Source: Heterodontus francisci (taxonomy: Eukaryota). From it: DNA of 64,000 nucleotides. The first letter of the stretch is position 1. The number at the start of each line of letters is the position of its first letter. The notes below the pieces were generated by a model. It was not told the origin of the DNA, searched no databases, and saw nothing but the letters and a program-made list of their open reading frames with translations. Made by a program: the position numbers and the translations under genes. Below, piece after piece: positions 23,465 through 37,013 of this stretch. Location of the stretch: NCBI RefSeq assembly GCF_036365525.1, contig NC_090401.1:59840868-59904867 (forward strand), read 5' to 3'.

Positions 23465-23552
23465 AATGCTGGCCTTTATATCTAGAGGATTTGAGTGCAA
23501 GGGGGTACAAGTTACGCTACAGTTATTCAAAGCCGTGGTTAGACCACACCTG

Positions 23553-24410
23553 GGGCTGAATTTTATTCTCCCACTGCCAGGAGCAGCGGCAGATGAAAAA
23601 CAATGGCAGCCCGCATGTATGGGCCACACACCGCAACGCCGCCGCACACCACAACACCGCGCAGCGGCTCATCTAAATACGCAGGGCCGGCTGCCACCCC
23701 CCCCCCATCCCTAATTTTATAACGGGGGCGGCCTCAGCGACTCTATGAACAGCATTAGCTGCCTCTGCACAAGCGCTGGTGCCATTTTTAAAAGGCTGCC
23801 AGACCTGCCACAAAATCTGCAGAGTTAACCCATACTCCCCCACCCCCCACCTCCCACATTATACCGTAAGTAAATTGTTGCCATGTTCCCCCCAAAACAT
23901 TTGCATTGCATAGTTGCCGTCTCCCTTCCCCCAAAACCCTTGACCTGCCAAGTTTACCTCTTCCCCCCCACAACTGCATGAAGTGCAGATGTCACCCCTT
24001 TCCCACCCCTCTACACTAGAAATCCAGAGTTGACCCCATTTCCAACCACCCTCCCCCCCACTACACTAAGAATCCAAAGTTCCCCCCTTCCCCATCCCGG
24101 TGGTGCCAAAGTGGACGGGAAAGTGAAGGCGCGTGAGTGCCGTCCATTGCACGGAAGATCCCGGGCATCCAGTAAGATCGCGAAGAATGGTATTTAAATT
24201 GATTCATTGCCTTTATTTAAATATTTAAAGATGGGTCCATCGATGAGTGGCGGGGGGTGGGGGGTGCGCCATGAAGCCTCGCCTCCGCTGGGAAGATCGA
24301 GCCAGCACTCCTGGCGTCGGCCTCCATGGTGGTGCTGCACCCCCCCCCCCCCCACCCCCCACCACCCCGCCACGGAGCCTGATGTCGGGAGCTCAACAAA
24401 ATCCCAGCCC
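23553..24410. mobile_element. GC-rich non-autonomous TIR element (MITE-like)
   Basis: GGGCTGAATTTT ... AAAATCCCAGCCC. Removing it restores CR1 CCACACCTGGAG (PHLE); short TSD of 2-4 bp (TG/CTG/CTGG). Confidence 0.8.
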
Positions 24411-24849
24411 TGGAGTATTGTCAGCAGTTCTGGGTACCTCAACTAAGAAAGAACATATTAGCCTTGGAGAGAGTGCAATGAAGATTTACTAGATTGATAT
24501 CTGGACTCCAAGGGTTAAATTACAAGGAGAGACTATACAAACTGGGGTTGTATTCTCTGGAGTTTAGAAGGTTAAGTGGTGATTTGGTTGAAGTTTTCAA
24601 GTTATTAAGGGGAGCAGATAGGGTAGATAGAGGAAACTACTTCCAGTGGCTGGGGAGTCTAGGACTAGGGGGCATAGTCTAAAAATTAGAGCCAGGCCTT
24701 CTCTTTGTCTATTGCCCCAAGACAGCTCAATAATATGCCTTCAATTCCATGAGCTTCAACTTTTGATAACAGTCTCTTATGAGGGACTTTATCAAATGTC
24801 TTCGGGAAATCCATATAAATCACATCTACAGACATTTTCCTGTCAACTA

Positions 24850-25832
24850 TGTGATGGAAACCACACCTGCCAAATGGAAACATATTAATTTTGTCAGATG
24901 GAACACGACTTGAACCTTTTTGCTGGACATTGCACAGAACCTGTTTAAAAAAGACCACAGAGTTGAACAGCTGAAACATGGCTGCACATTTGCATTCTGA
25001 AAGACAGTTGAATAGAGAGTCAATGGGAGTGCTCACTGATTCAATTAACAAGATTGGTCTGGGCAATCATAATAATCAACCTTCTTTGTCTGTGTAAGAG
25101 CCAGAGCTCCACACCCCACCAAGTGTGACTGGAGAACTTTGAGAATCAACAACCCTTGCAGGCAATACTGTTTCAAACAAAGAGCTGGTCACATGACTTA
25201 CCTGCTGGCCAGACTGGGAATGGTTTGAATTGTGCCTCACAGAAAGTGTTTCGGGCAGACTGCAATTTGAAGACCAAAGAGAAGGAAGACCTTACTCCCT
25301 GTCTCTCTCTCTCTCAAGTAAAGTCCCTGAGACCCACGGAATAGGCTTAAGTCTCAAGACAGAGGACCTCCTCAGCCTTCTGGTACCAGAGAAGCAAATA
25401 TGAAAGTGTGCATTGAGCCCCAGCGAGAACTACAAGATTGCAATTCTAACCAAGGACTTTACAGCAAAACTAAAGACAATAACTGAATTCCATTTACTAC
25501 TCCAACCTCGCTGCCCACTTAATTCTTTATCCCCCTTTGTATCTATTTGTGTGTGTTTTTATCTCATATGCATGCTAGCGTGGTTGTGCGCGTATTTTAG
25601 TAATTTTAACCAAGTTAGAGTGTTAAGGCTAATAAACTTACATCTTTTGTGTTTAAACCTAAGAAAACCTGTCTGGTTGGTTCACTTTGCAATTACAATT
25701 AGAGATCAGTGAGCAAGGACTCACTGAGGCATTAAGCTAAAAACACTGTTTCAAAAGTTAAACCCTGTTACAGCCAAATCAGGAACAGGCCAAGAGGGGA
25801 GCCTGAGACCCCTTCCTCACCCGGTTGTAACA
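24850..25832 (+). mobile_element. Solo LTR (Gypsy-like), 983 bp
   Basis: TGTGAT...GTAACA termini; 4-bp TSD ACTA; internal AATAAA near 25632. Confidence 0.8.
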
Positions 25833-26454
25833 ACTACTTTATCACAAAAGGGTGGTAGAAGTTTGGAACTCTCTTCTGCAAAGGGTAATTGATGTTAGTC
25901 AAATGTTAATTTTAAATCTGAGATTGATGAATTTTTGTTGACCAAAGTTATTAAGGGATATGGGACAAAGGTGAGTATATGGAGTTAGGTCACAGATCAG
26001 TCATGATCTCATTGAATGGCGGAACAGGCTCAAGGGCCTGATTGGCCTCCTCCTATTCCTATGTTCCACAGAAAAAAAAGAACAGTTTTTTTCATTGACA
26101 AGAACCTTAATTTCCAAGCATGTTATGGTTAAAAAGTGTCTCTAAACATTAGCATTTGTATATTTCACTTCAAGAAATGGATTATTTAAGAAACATGCCA
26201 AGACTGTCACACATAGTCTGATGGGAAATCAAACACGAAATCCATTTAGCTCTAACATTTTGATTTTGTGAAGTTATGAATCACCAAAGAAAATCCAAGC
26301 AATGAAAGTTTATTGATTATTCTGTCGTCACCAAGCATTCTGAGGAAGAAATTGGTCTCAGGTGCTGATGCAAATGGGTGCTATCAGATTGAGTGCCTGT
26401 TGTACACAGTGCCTGACATGCAGCTCCATTGACTGCAATGGAGCATAGGATATG

Positions 26455-26830
26455 ACAGCATAATAATACTACTGAGCTAATGATCTTGAGACATGAGTTC
26501 AATTCCCACCATAGGAGCTAAGAATTTTAAATGCAGCTAATTAGATAAAGTGGGAATTGAAAGAAAAGGCTAGTATTAGTAATGGTGACCATAAAACTAC
26601 TGATTGTCATAAAAACCCATCAGGTTTGCTTATGTCCTTTAGGGAACAAAATGTGTTGTCCTTCCCCAGTCTGATCTATATATGACTCCTGACCAACAGC
26701 AATGTGGTTATCTCTTCACAGCCCTCTAAAATGGCTTAGTAAGTTACTCACTTTTATTCTACTACCACCGTCTCAAGGGGAATTAGGGATGGGCAATAAA
26801 TGCTGGCCTTGCTAGCAATGAATATAAAAA
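26455..26830 (+). mobile_element. Second-family tRNA SINE (same family as 12088-12552)
   Basis: GAGTTCAATTCCC B box; GGGCAATAAATGCTGGCC tail. Confidence 0.7.
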
Positions 26831-28499
26831 GTCAGCCTAGGTAATGCACAATGATGCTAAATGATATAAGTTGAAATGTAAGCAGAATTCAGCACTGTAC
26901 AGATTATAAAAGCAAAAATTGGAAAGAAATAAGCTGAAAATCAGTAATAAAATTTGAAAATAATCCTACGTTGCTACAGCACTGAAGTTGTCATTAAAAC
27001 CTTTAATAAACTAAATTCAGATCCATTGGTTCTAAGATCTTTAAAATCTTCATTATATGTTTAACAAAATTGTGCATCAATATGAACAAACTGCATTAGA
27101 ATCTCAGCAGCAGTTGTAATGTTCTAATAATTGAATTGAGATAAATATAACTTGTTTACCAATACATTAGGATATTGGACTGGGACTCTTGCAAAACTAG
27201 AATGGAACAGAATAAATCAGGGGATTCTATACAGGAGCAGATACGAGTTATTATGGGCTCAGAACTCCACCGCATTATTGCAGGTGGTTCTCTGGTGTCA
27301 CAGTATCATAGCATTGCAACTCTTAAGTCCCTGGTTCCGTCTATCTCACAATTCATGCTGTGAGGATGAGATTTACACAAATCTAACCTGACAGCAGCTA
27401 TAATGGACCTTGGTGCTCTCACATTGTCAATACACGATCACTGGCAGAGTAATTATTGGATACCATGGCACATTTGGTTAACACATTTGTCATTACATAC
27501 ATGCAGATCCCTTAGATTGAACACAAGACTTCAACTGATCACATCTTTCCAAGTATGACCTGTTTCATATAATGAAACAGACTCCAGCACTGTGTAAAAG
27601 TCACAGAGGACATGGTTAGCACAGTGCCAGGATTGTAATTTTCAAGTCATCAAATCAGATGTCCTCATTGTTTATAACTGATATAAGTTATAGTTATATG
27701 ACTCAATCAAGACAAGGAATGTATTTTTCACAGAGGACTATTATAGACCCCCTTTGTTGGGACCAATGTTCAAATTATTTGGTTATATCCTTTCAGTAAC
27801 AGCACGTTCTAATGAAAATGTGTTTCTCACGCTATAAATAAAGCTGTACCAAACATGTCCTACGGATACGCTGGATTAACTGCATCAATTCACTTGTCAT
27901 CATTCATACCCATATAATTCTACATATATTGCATATTCCTTTTCCTTACAGAGAGAAGGGAGTTGAGAGAGGCAGGGGGTCTGAGGAAAGCATTTTAAAA
28001 TGACAAGCAGATACAAGAGTGAAATCATAAAAATTGTGAAAGCCCATTTATGTCTGCAGGTCAGAAGTGTGATTACAATATGTGAAGATAGGGGCTGTAA
28101 GAAAAGGCAAGCCTGTGGACTAGAGCAGATCTCCTGCATTGCGAAATATGAGCCAGCTTAATTAAACAAACAGTACTGTTTTCTGTCAGTTACCTCAGGA
28201 GGGATTTAAGTAGATGAAGTAATGGGCCCCTTTTAAATAAATCTGTCAGGCATTAAACATTTTACTTGCTTAACAAAAAAAAATTGTTGCGAAATCATAC
28301 CATTACATGCTCCTTAAACTTTTAGTTTGCAAACTATAATATTGCGTATATTGAAAATAACTATCTAAACAATCAGCGAAGATTCATATTGTGCAATATA
28401 CCTCACAAAACTACAAATAAAATTGAATTTCTGCAGTTAATAGAGGAAATATTGGGACCTATTGGTGGCCGTACTGAAGTCAGCAGTAATTATTTGGGA

Positions 28500-28560
28500 A
28501 GAGAGACAGAGAGAGAGACAGAGAGAGGGAGACAGAGACAGAGAAAGAGAGAGAGAGAGA
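28500..28560. repeat. (AG)n/(AGAC) microsatellite
   Basis: Seen directly. Confidence 0.9.
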
Positions 28561-29473
28561 ATATATTGCCCATTATAGCCAGTGGGAGAAAGAGGGTCAT
28601 CTTTAATGCACTTTGAGAATTATATTCCACTGATGTGACATGCACAGGGGGCTACAGGTATGTTCTGGAGTCTACTACTTGCTTTGATCCACTTCACTCA
28701 ATCCTAATAGGCTAAAATTTTCCAGAAGACAAAGCAAAAAACACTTCATTGTTTCGGGGCACCTTTCACAGACTTCTTTTCAAATCCTTCTAGTGTCATC
28801 AGTATCCCTCCCACATCCCTACAATCCCTCCCTTGGAAAAGTAAAGCATTTAACTCACTATCAAAGTCAAGGGAGATCCACAAGTAATTAATAAATCCTG
28901 CAATAACTTAAAATTGAATCATGATAAAAGCACAACTTGTTTAGGAAGAAGTCTTATTCCTGAGTCAAGTACCAAGTTTGAAAAAGTGCACATAGAAAAA
29001 TTCAAGTTGTAAACCTTTATGCCATTGGAAGTTTAGTCACTTGTTTCATTCAATCTAAATATCCCTGGAAAAGCACTTAGCTAGAGAATATTTTATGCAA
29101 AAACTATTAGATGTCTAAAAATATGGTTGGTGTTTTTGGATTTGTTGTATTTAATGTGCTTGTAGTTATGTGCCCAACATTAGAACACAAATCAGTAATT
29201 CTACAGAATGGAAAGCAGGTGTAATCTGGAAATGGGTTACACTTATACTTGGGCTCATCTGAGCATTTATTTGAACTTGACCAAACTACTAAATACAATC
29301 AAATGTTTTGGTGGAATACAGGCTGCACTACTTACCAAATCAATTCAATGTGAATACTGCTAGAAAGTTAATAAAATGCAGCAACAAAGAGAACACTTAA
29401 CAGAGATTGGCAGTAATCCTTCAAATTTGAATTATGTTACTTGTAAATCTCAAGAGGTTTTGATTGAAATATC

Positions 29474-30209
29474 GGCCCATATTTTGCAATAGCAATGACA
29501 GTGAAACTGTCAGCATTCATTGTGATTACTCTTCTGAAACTCCAGCTTCTAGAGTCTGCACATGCGCAATTAAATGCAGAAATCCAGAAGTTGCTGTCAA
29601 ATGATTCTATACCTCTCTATAGGCTGTGCTGTTGAAATTCCCCCAGTGTAAAATCAATTAGAAATTACTGAACTGATGAGAACTTGCCCTTAAATGCTAT
29701 TAATCTCGTTGTAAAAGTGCTTGAAAAAGTTGCACCTTGTTGAATGAGCTGTAACTGGGTTTTTCACAGCGTACTAAGTTCATAATTACTGCTGAACAGC
29801 CTTACTAGCACTGAAAAACTAATTTTATATTTATATTATATTTATACCAAATCTCTCCATTATGAAAAAAAAACACTTGTTTTTTATATGTTTATGATAT
29901 TTCAGCTTCTACCTTCATTCAATGCTTCAATCATTTATTTCCGTCTCTGAAAATCTAATTGAAAGTGAAGGATAATTAGTTCCCAGTTTGCCGTCTGTCA
30001 GAATTCTTCAACGTGATTGGCTGCTTATCCTGCTTAATGACATCACTGCTGATGGACGCCTGGAGACCCCCTTGACTTGGTGCCAAATTCAAACTGATGT
30101 CGGGAAAGGGGAAATCCACACCTTAGAGATCACTAGATCTTTGTGGGAAGCTTTCTTCAAGTTCAGCAGTGAGCGCTGTCACTTCACCACTGACTACAAA
30201 ATCCAGGCC
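29474..30209. mobile_element. Old non-autonomous TIR element
   Basis: Imperfect inverted termini GGCCCATATTTTGCA / TACAAAATCCAGGCC. Confidence 0.5.
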
Positions 30210-30244
30210 ACATCAGATTTTCAATGCCCTCTGACATTTCTGCA

Positions 30245-30350
30245 TAGATAAATAGAGATAGATAGAGAGAGAGGTAGATAGATAGATAGAGAGAGAGGTA
30301 GATAGATAGATAGAGAGAGAGGTAGATAGAGAGAGAGATAGAGAGAGATA
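30245..30350. repeat. (GATA)n/(GA)n compound microsatellite
   Basis: Seen directly. Confidence 0.9.
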
Positions 30351-30672
30351 CTTACATTAAGTGACTGGGTTAGATGGTGTGTATAGTGGAACATACAAAA
30401 TAAGGGTCCAAGGGTTCAACTTATACACTTCAATTGGTTTACTCTAGAAGTTTCAGGATGTGTGTAGTCCAATTGGAAGTTCTCCACAGATTCTATTATA
30501 TTCTGCATTGATTGAGCCTAGGCTGGGTCTCCTGACTGGAGGCAGAAATTGAGGCAGTTTCATTACAGTCGTATACTCAATTCTGCTCAGTTTTCCATTA
30601 TTGGTTACGTTGCAGCCAGGATCCAGTGCATCTGGATATAGATCCAAGGAAGTCCATTTATATACAAACACT

Positions 30673-31555
30673 GGGCTGGAATTTACAGCCCCCCGACATT
30701 GGGGGTTATGGCGGAGGGGGCGGATGAGGGCCGTAAAATGCCTCTGGCAGAGGCCCGCCAGAGGCCTCGACTCTGGAAAGGCCCACCCCTATATTGCCGG
30801 CAGCGGCAAGGGCTCATGGCACCCACCCCCCACACCCCCCCCCAACTCCCCACTCCCACCCGCCACGCGGTGACAGGAGCAAAATCTTCATATTTTAAAA
30901 ATGCAAACAAATGAATTAATTACTTACCCGCTCCTGCCATCCGTATCACTCCGATATTGGTGCTGGTGCCGGCACACCCATGTCTTCGGATCTCTATCTG
31001 GAGATCCGAGGCCGAACACGGTGGGGAGGGGGGAGCAAGTCAGTTTCTCTGTGCAGGGATGGGGGAGGGCGGGGAGCAGCATCAGAGTAATTTAATTGGT
31101 CTAGGGGATGGTGGCAAAGAGTAAAGTTTAAAGTTTACTTTTTAAATTTTAAAGAGGGGTGGGGGGGAGGTCAAGTGCACCAGGTAAGTGTCTTGGGGTG
31201 ATTGTCGGGGAGGGGTGTGTTGGAAAGGGCAGGTACTTAATTCTATGGTTATTGGTGAGGGGTGGGGGGAGGATCAGGATCAAGTTATTTAATTTTTTTA
31301 AAACAATGTCCCTTTAAATTTTAAATTGCAATGTAGGGCTCAAAGCCATTTAAAAATGGCGTCAACCCCTGCGCAGTGGTGCCTGGCGCCATTACTGGGG
31401 ACGGACCGCACACCCTCTCCACATCATTGGGCTGGGATGGGATGGGGGTGCAGTCCGCCCCGGCCATTTAAATGAGCTGCCGTGTCTAATATCACAGCAG
31501 CTCCACGACGTGCAGACAGCATGGGTGGGTCGCCATTGTTAACGCCACGGCAGAA
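30673..31555. mobile_element. GC-rich TIR-family element (right TIR not recognisable)
   Basis: Starts GGGCTGGAATTTACAGCCCCCCGACATTGGGGG, matching the reverse complement of 36920-36956. Confidence 0.6.
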
Positions 31556-31734
31556 ATGTGTGCGTATATACATGTATATAAAAATATATCTATATGTTGG
31601 GCTGAATATAAAAGCCTCATTATACCACTGACTTTTGCAAGTGAATTCTAAATGAATACAAATTTACACTTGCTAAAGAAAAAGTGGCAAAGATATAGAA
31701 AATCAACCAGGAAGACATGAAATTAAGATGTCAA

Positions 31735-32060
31735 CTCTATTCAATATTTTGGATGAGATGTTAAATCGAGATGTCATGTGCCCTCCCAGGTGGACTTAAA
31801 AAAATCCCATGGCACTATTTTAAAGAAGAGTAGGGGTGTTATCCCCAGTGTCCTGGCTAATATTTATCCTTAAATCAACATCACAAAAACTCATTATCTG
31901 GTGATTATCACATTGCTATTTGTGGGATCTTGCTGTGCACAAAGTGGCTGTCATGTTTTCAACAACAGGGACTACACTTTAAAGAACTTCATTGACTGTA
32001 AAGTGCATTTGGCCATCCTAAGGTTCTGAAAGGCACTATATAAATGAAAGTCTTTCCTTC
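31735..32060 (+). mobile_element. DeuSINE (SacSINE1-like) fragment
   Basis: CCCATGGCACTATTT...TGTGGGATCTTGCTGTGCAC...AAAGGCACTATATAAATG, shared with 33455-33732 and 44672-45050. Confidence 0.7.
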
Positions 32061-32597
32061 TTTGTTTTCTTTAACCTTCTTATGCAATATAAAATTGAAG
32101 ACCGAGTTGAAAAAACTAACACTTAGAGCCTAACTTTTCGCTGTTCTAATCTATGCCACATTTTCCTTCACAAAACACTTACTTTGAGGAAAGAAAATAT
32201 TTTGACTTTAAATATGATATTACAGATGAATTACTATACCTAACAGCAAGTTCTGACATTATCTTCAACCACATCCTGCTGAATAAATAGCAATGGCCTC
32301 TAGATAATGCAACACACACTGTGAGGTTAATTGTATGCTTCTATTAAGTAAACAGCCCTAATGAGCAAAAGCAATTTCTCTGATATTTGTCTCTGCACAT
32401 TTGTTTTAACACATTCTGAAACACAAAAGAAAATAGTGGGATAATATTTATTTATCTTTATAAATATTGGTATCAGTTTCATTCTTCCTGCTTCCTTGTA
32501 CATTGTAATATTCTTGTAAAATTGCTAATCTCACAACGCATTCTTTTCCGCTCAGCAATAACATATATCATGCATTCTACAGGATATTAAGTATTAT

Positions 32598-32936
32598 GCG
32601 GCACAGTGGTTAGCACCGCAGCCTCACGGCTCCAGCGCCCCGGGTTCGATTCCGGGTACTGCCTGTGTGGAGTTTGCAAGTTCTCCCTGTGTCTGCGTGG
32701 GTTTCCTCCGGGTGCTCCAGTTTCCTCCCACAAACCAAAAGACTTGCAGGTTGGTAGGTAAATTGGCCATTATAAATTGCCCCTAGTATAGGTAGGTGGT
32801 AGGGAAATATAGAGATAGGTGGGGATGTGTTAGGAATATGGGATTAGTGTAGGATTAGTATATATGGGTGGTTGATGGTCGGCACAGACTCGGTGGGCCG
32901 AAGGGCCTGTTTCAGTGCTGTATCACTAAACTAAAC
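32598..32936 (+). mobile_element. HE1-like V-SINE
   Basis: A and B boxes, CR1 tail, (CTAAA)n. Confidence 0.93.
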
Positions 32937-33454
32937 ATTTACTACTGCAGCTTTACAGAAGAAAGATGAATAATTAAAGTTAAAAGACCACCAATTAAAA
33001 TGTTTTCCTCTGCCATATATACCACCTTGTTCTTCCATTTTGGTTAATTTTCAGTAGGAGGGCAATATAAAAGTAAATAACATTCTAGTCTTCAGGCTTA
33101 ACCATTAAGTACCAACAGACTGAAAACAAAGCACCTGTTCCGTTATGGTTAAACATGAATGTAATGTAAAATAATTGCATCCTAATCATCAGGCTTAAAG
33201 ACTGGTTATAAATACGAGTGGAAAATTAAGCAAATCTAGCTTACAAAACACCACATTTAAAGTTATAATTGAGCCTAATTCTTAAATAAACAAATAGTGC
33301 CCTAAACTTCAATAAGTTGTTCTTCAGATTAAGAAACTGCAATGTGCTATTGATCAAAGAGGAGCTTATTCAGACAAAATCATAAGATTTACCAAAGGTC
33401 AGATTGTGTAGATGTTTCAGTGTGATAATGGTTCAGTGTGATAATGGTTCAGTG

Positions 33455-33732
33455 TATTTCAGATGAGTTGTTCAGATACAGGTAAAATATCCCATGACAC
33501 TATTCAAAGGCAAGTCAGGAGTTCATCTGGTATCCTGTCCAACTTTCATCACTTAAATGACACCATTGAAAAGATTATCTGGTCATTTATCTTGTTAACT
33601 GTCTGCGGGATCTTGCTGTGTTTGCATACATAACCATAGTGTCAATGCTTCAGAATAATTCATTGACTGAACTTCTTTTTCGCATTACCTGAAGACAGGA
33701 AAGGTGCCATTTGAATACAAATTATTTCTTTC
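33455..33732 (+). mobile_element. Degenerate DeuSINE fragment
   Basis: Similar to 31735-32060. Confidence 0.55.
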
Positions 33733-36700
33733 TTACCTTGTTTGTTTTTAGTGATCTTTTTGTGACTGCCATGATTTTTGTCTTCTTACTTAACGGATAT
33801 ATGCAAAATCTCAGATGAGCGGGGTTTCTTTGACTCTTAAATAATCTAAAATTATTGTATAATAAATAAAGCTGTATCCGATTGCCCTTAACTGGATAAC
33901 AGGCACAGGAATATGGGAATGTACAGGATTGTTATGTCCATCTAACCCAGCTCCCTTCACCTTCCCTAAAAATTCCTGTCATTTGCATTAGCACTGTTGT
34001 ACCAGCTCCAGCTCCAGAACCTTGTTGGCTTTCAGTACCCTCAATATTTCCATCATTTCCTTTTCAGCTTAGGTAATAAGCACCTAGTCTAGGATGACAT
34101 GTAGTGCAGTGCTGAATTGTCATATATGCCATCTTTCAAATGAAACCCTAAAGCAAGGCTCCAATTGCCCTTGCAGGTGGAAGTAAAAGATCCCATGGAA
34201 CTATTCAAAGAGCAGGAAGTTCTCTAGTACTTCTCAATTTACATTAACTTCTATTCTTCTCAACTCTGATGGTGTCCTACCCTACAGTCATCAAGCATGT
34301 TCCCTCATATGAAAAAAAGACTGATAAAAGTAGAGCATGGTTGCGAAAAAAATTATTCATCAAGTACTGTTTACTATTCATTTACTGTCAGTACTACCCT
34401 CTGTGAGATATGCAAATATAGATTGCCCACTGATAGCACAACTTATGAACTGTAATATTTCACAAGTGTTGCAGACTCAGCAGATACTTTCCTAGATCTC
34501 TATTGTCCTCTAAAATACATCTGGGGCCTTACACCTGTGATATTTCATCCTCTGATGCCTACACATGCAGTATTGCATACATCAGTGTTGAAACTGGCAG
34601 ATTATATTCTGTTTTACAATTACAACCAGACAGTACACCTTATTTTTTCCTAAACCCCTTTCAAAGAGGAAAAGACATCTTTCAAAATTACTTTATACAG
34701 GAAGGAACCTATATTTTCTTTCCTTATAATGAATAATCAAGGCTGTTATTAATTACTGCTAGAGGTAGAAATTATGCATTCATTATATGAAATTAATACT
34801 CACCATTGCAAACTTACACAAAATGTTTAAATAGTATGACATAACTTTAAAAGCTGACAAAAATATCATTGTTCAGTTAATTCATTCCACATTACAGATT
34901 TGATTGCTTCCTATTTATTTTAGAGCAAAGATAGCTTTAATTATTATACAATTGCATTATTAGAAGAAGGAGGAATTAACAACAATAAAGCGATCAAAGA
35001 CTTGGAGTCAGGATTGACTGGTATGAATGTGAAATCTCAAAATATTTAAAACAAAACTGAAGAGTTATCGATATGAAAAGAAACCTGTAAGGGATACAAA
35101 TCAACAGATTTTCTTTTTTTTACAATTCTATTAGGAAAAGAGTGTGGTCAGAAGCAATGTGGTCCCTTGAAAACTGATAACGGTGATATTGTGAATCAGG
35201 GACAGGGACTCACCAAAATTAAAGTTAGCAAATTAACAGTAATGAAGAAAATAATGGCACTAAAGAGCAACAAATCCCCTGGACCAGATGGCGAATCGAC
35301 ATAAGTGTGCATGGTGTCACTAGAAGCAGCGTTACTTGAATGAATTTCTCCCTCTACTTTCCTAAGTGGGGAATTCTTTATAGAAAATAATCAATACTGC
35401 TTTCAAGATCAGTATGTTTCAACTCCAAGAGGCACTGCTTAACTTAGTTCTGGGAAATGAAGTGGACAAATAACTTTCAAGAGAGTAGAACAATTGGGAG
35501 ATAGGCACCACAACAGAGTTAGGTTCAAAATGAAAACAAACAAAAAAAATCATAGATAAGGATGCTGGCTTCAAATATGTTCAATGAAATAAGAAGAGAT
35601 GTGGCCCAAAAAAATGGGCAGACGAATTAGCAAACAAAATGATGGATTAACAGTGGGGAATCTTCAAATACAAAATGAATAGAATTCAAAATAGATTCAT
35701 TTCTACAAAGCAAACAGAAGATGCATCAAAAGATAGAGTCTTAGGATAAATTAGCAAGTTTAAAACTAACCTGAAACTTAACAGGTAGACATATTATAAA
35801 TATGGGGCAAAATACTAAAGAAAGTCATGAGGTTAAAGAAAGTATAGTGGGGAACTGAAAGGGAGATAAAAAGGCTAAAGGGAATATGAAGAAAAGTGTA
35901 ACAGATAATGCAAATAGAAACAGTAAGGGATTTCAGAAAGGGAATCCAGTTATGGGCCGTGTTGGAGATATTAAATAAATGTTTTACTTTGCTGTTTACA
36001 AATGATGGTGGAAGTGATAATTTAAATGTCCTAGAGGAAATTATGGAAGTTGGAGGTAACTGTAGAAATGGATGATGTTCTGAAAAAGATAGCAGAACTC
36101 AAAGGTGAATAGGTCACTGATGGCATGAATCCAAGATTGTTTAAGGAAGTGAGGAAAGAGATAGCAGAGCCTTTCATCACATTTTATTAATCCTTCTTAA
36201 ATATACAGCTTGTGCTGTAGTATGAGAGGGTTGTCAATGTGACACATCTGTTCAAAAAGGAATGTGGGAATAAAGGAACAGGAGGAGGCTGTTTAGCCTC
36301 ACAAGCCTGTTCCACCAATCAATGAGATCACGGCTGATCTGTGACCTAACTCCATATAAAGGGAACGAAAGGTTACAACCCTTAACTTGAGATCAAATCA
36401 GTTAGCGTGTAAAGATGTCTGGGATAATCAAAGACAACCAGCATGAATTGTACAAATAAAAAGAACACAGCAGCTACAGTATATATAGATTTTCAGAAGG
36501 TGTTCAATAAGCTGTCTCCCAGGAGGCTTGTTACAAGACTTCAAGAATGTGATAGAAAAGGAGATTTCGCACATGGATAGAAAGTTGTTTGAAGGTTAGG
36601 AAACAAAGTGTTAGGGTTAGGGTGGTGATCAGATCAGAGAAGGATTGAAAACAGTTAAAATCAGGTGCCAATGCTAGGATCTCTTGATATATAGCTGACA

Positions 36701-36764
36701 AAACAAAAGTAAGAAGTTTGAAAAAGGTATGGTGAGAACTGTAAAGACCTCTGGAAAACATAGT

Positions 36765-36956
36765 TGGCTGAATTTTAATAGCTCGAAATAAAAGTAGCTT
36801 CAAAACATATGGGACACACACTCAAGACGTACGCTGCAGAGCCGCTCCAATATTTTGGACTGGCAGCTCATTAGCATGGAGGGGACAGATGTAAAGGGGC
36901 GGACGCTCCGTCCCCACCATGACCCCCGACGTTGGGGGGCTGGTAAAATTTAGCCC
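36765..36956. mobile_element. Short (about 190 bp) deletion derivative of the GC-rich TIR family
   Basis: GGCTGAATTTTA ... TAAAATTTAGCCC; possible TSD AGT, whose removal restores CR1 NIVRLVEW. Confidence 0.65.
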
Positions 36957-37013
36957 AGTGAGGTTAGTAGAATGGGCAGACTGGTGACAGATGCAATTTT
37001 GTGTGGAGAAGTT

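Larger units (their letters stand above)
23465..26068 (+). mobile_element. Old CR1 3' portion, split by a TIR element, an inverted RT fragment (about 24700-24849) and a solo LTR
   Basis: MLAFISRG...RPHL | EYCQQFW...LYSLEFRRL...; 3'UTR at 25838-26068. Confidence 0.8.

Noticed and set aside
27150-27480. Short ORFs and an IIGYHGT peptide resembling an ADP-ribosyltransferase motif
   Set aside because: A stop follows immediately, with no splice context or further motifs; probably chance.
33416-33455. 16-bp tandem repeat TTCAGTGTGATAATGG (about 2.5 copies)
   Set aside because: Simple local duplication with no spacers; not CRISPR-like.
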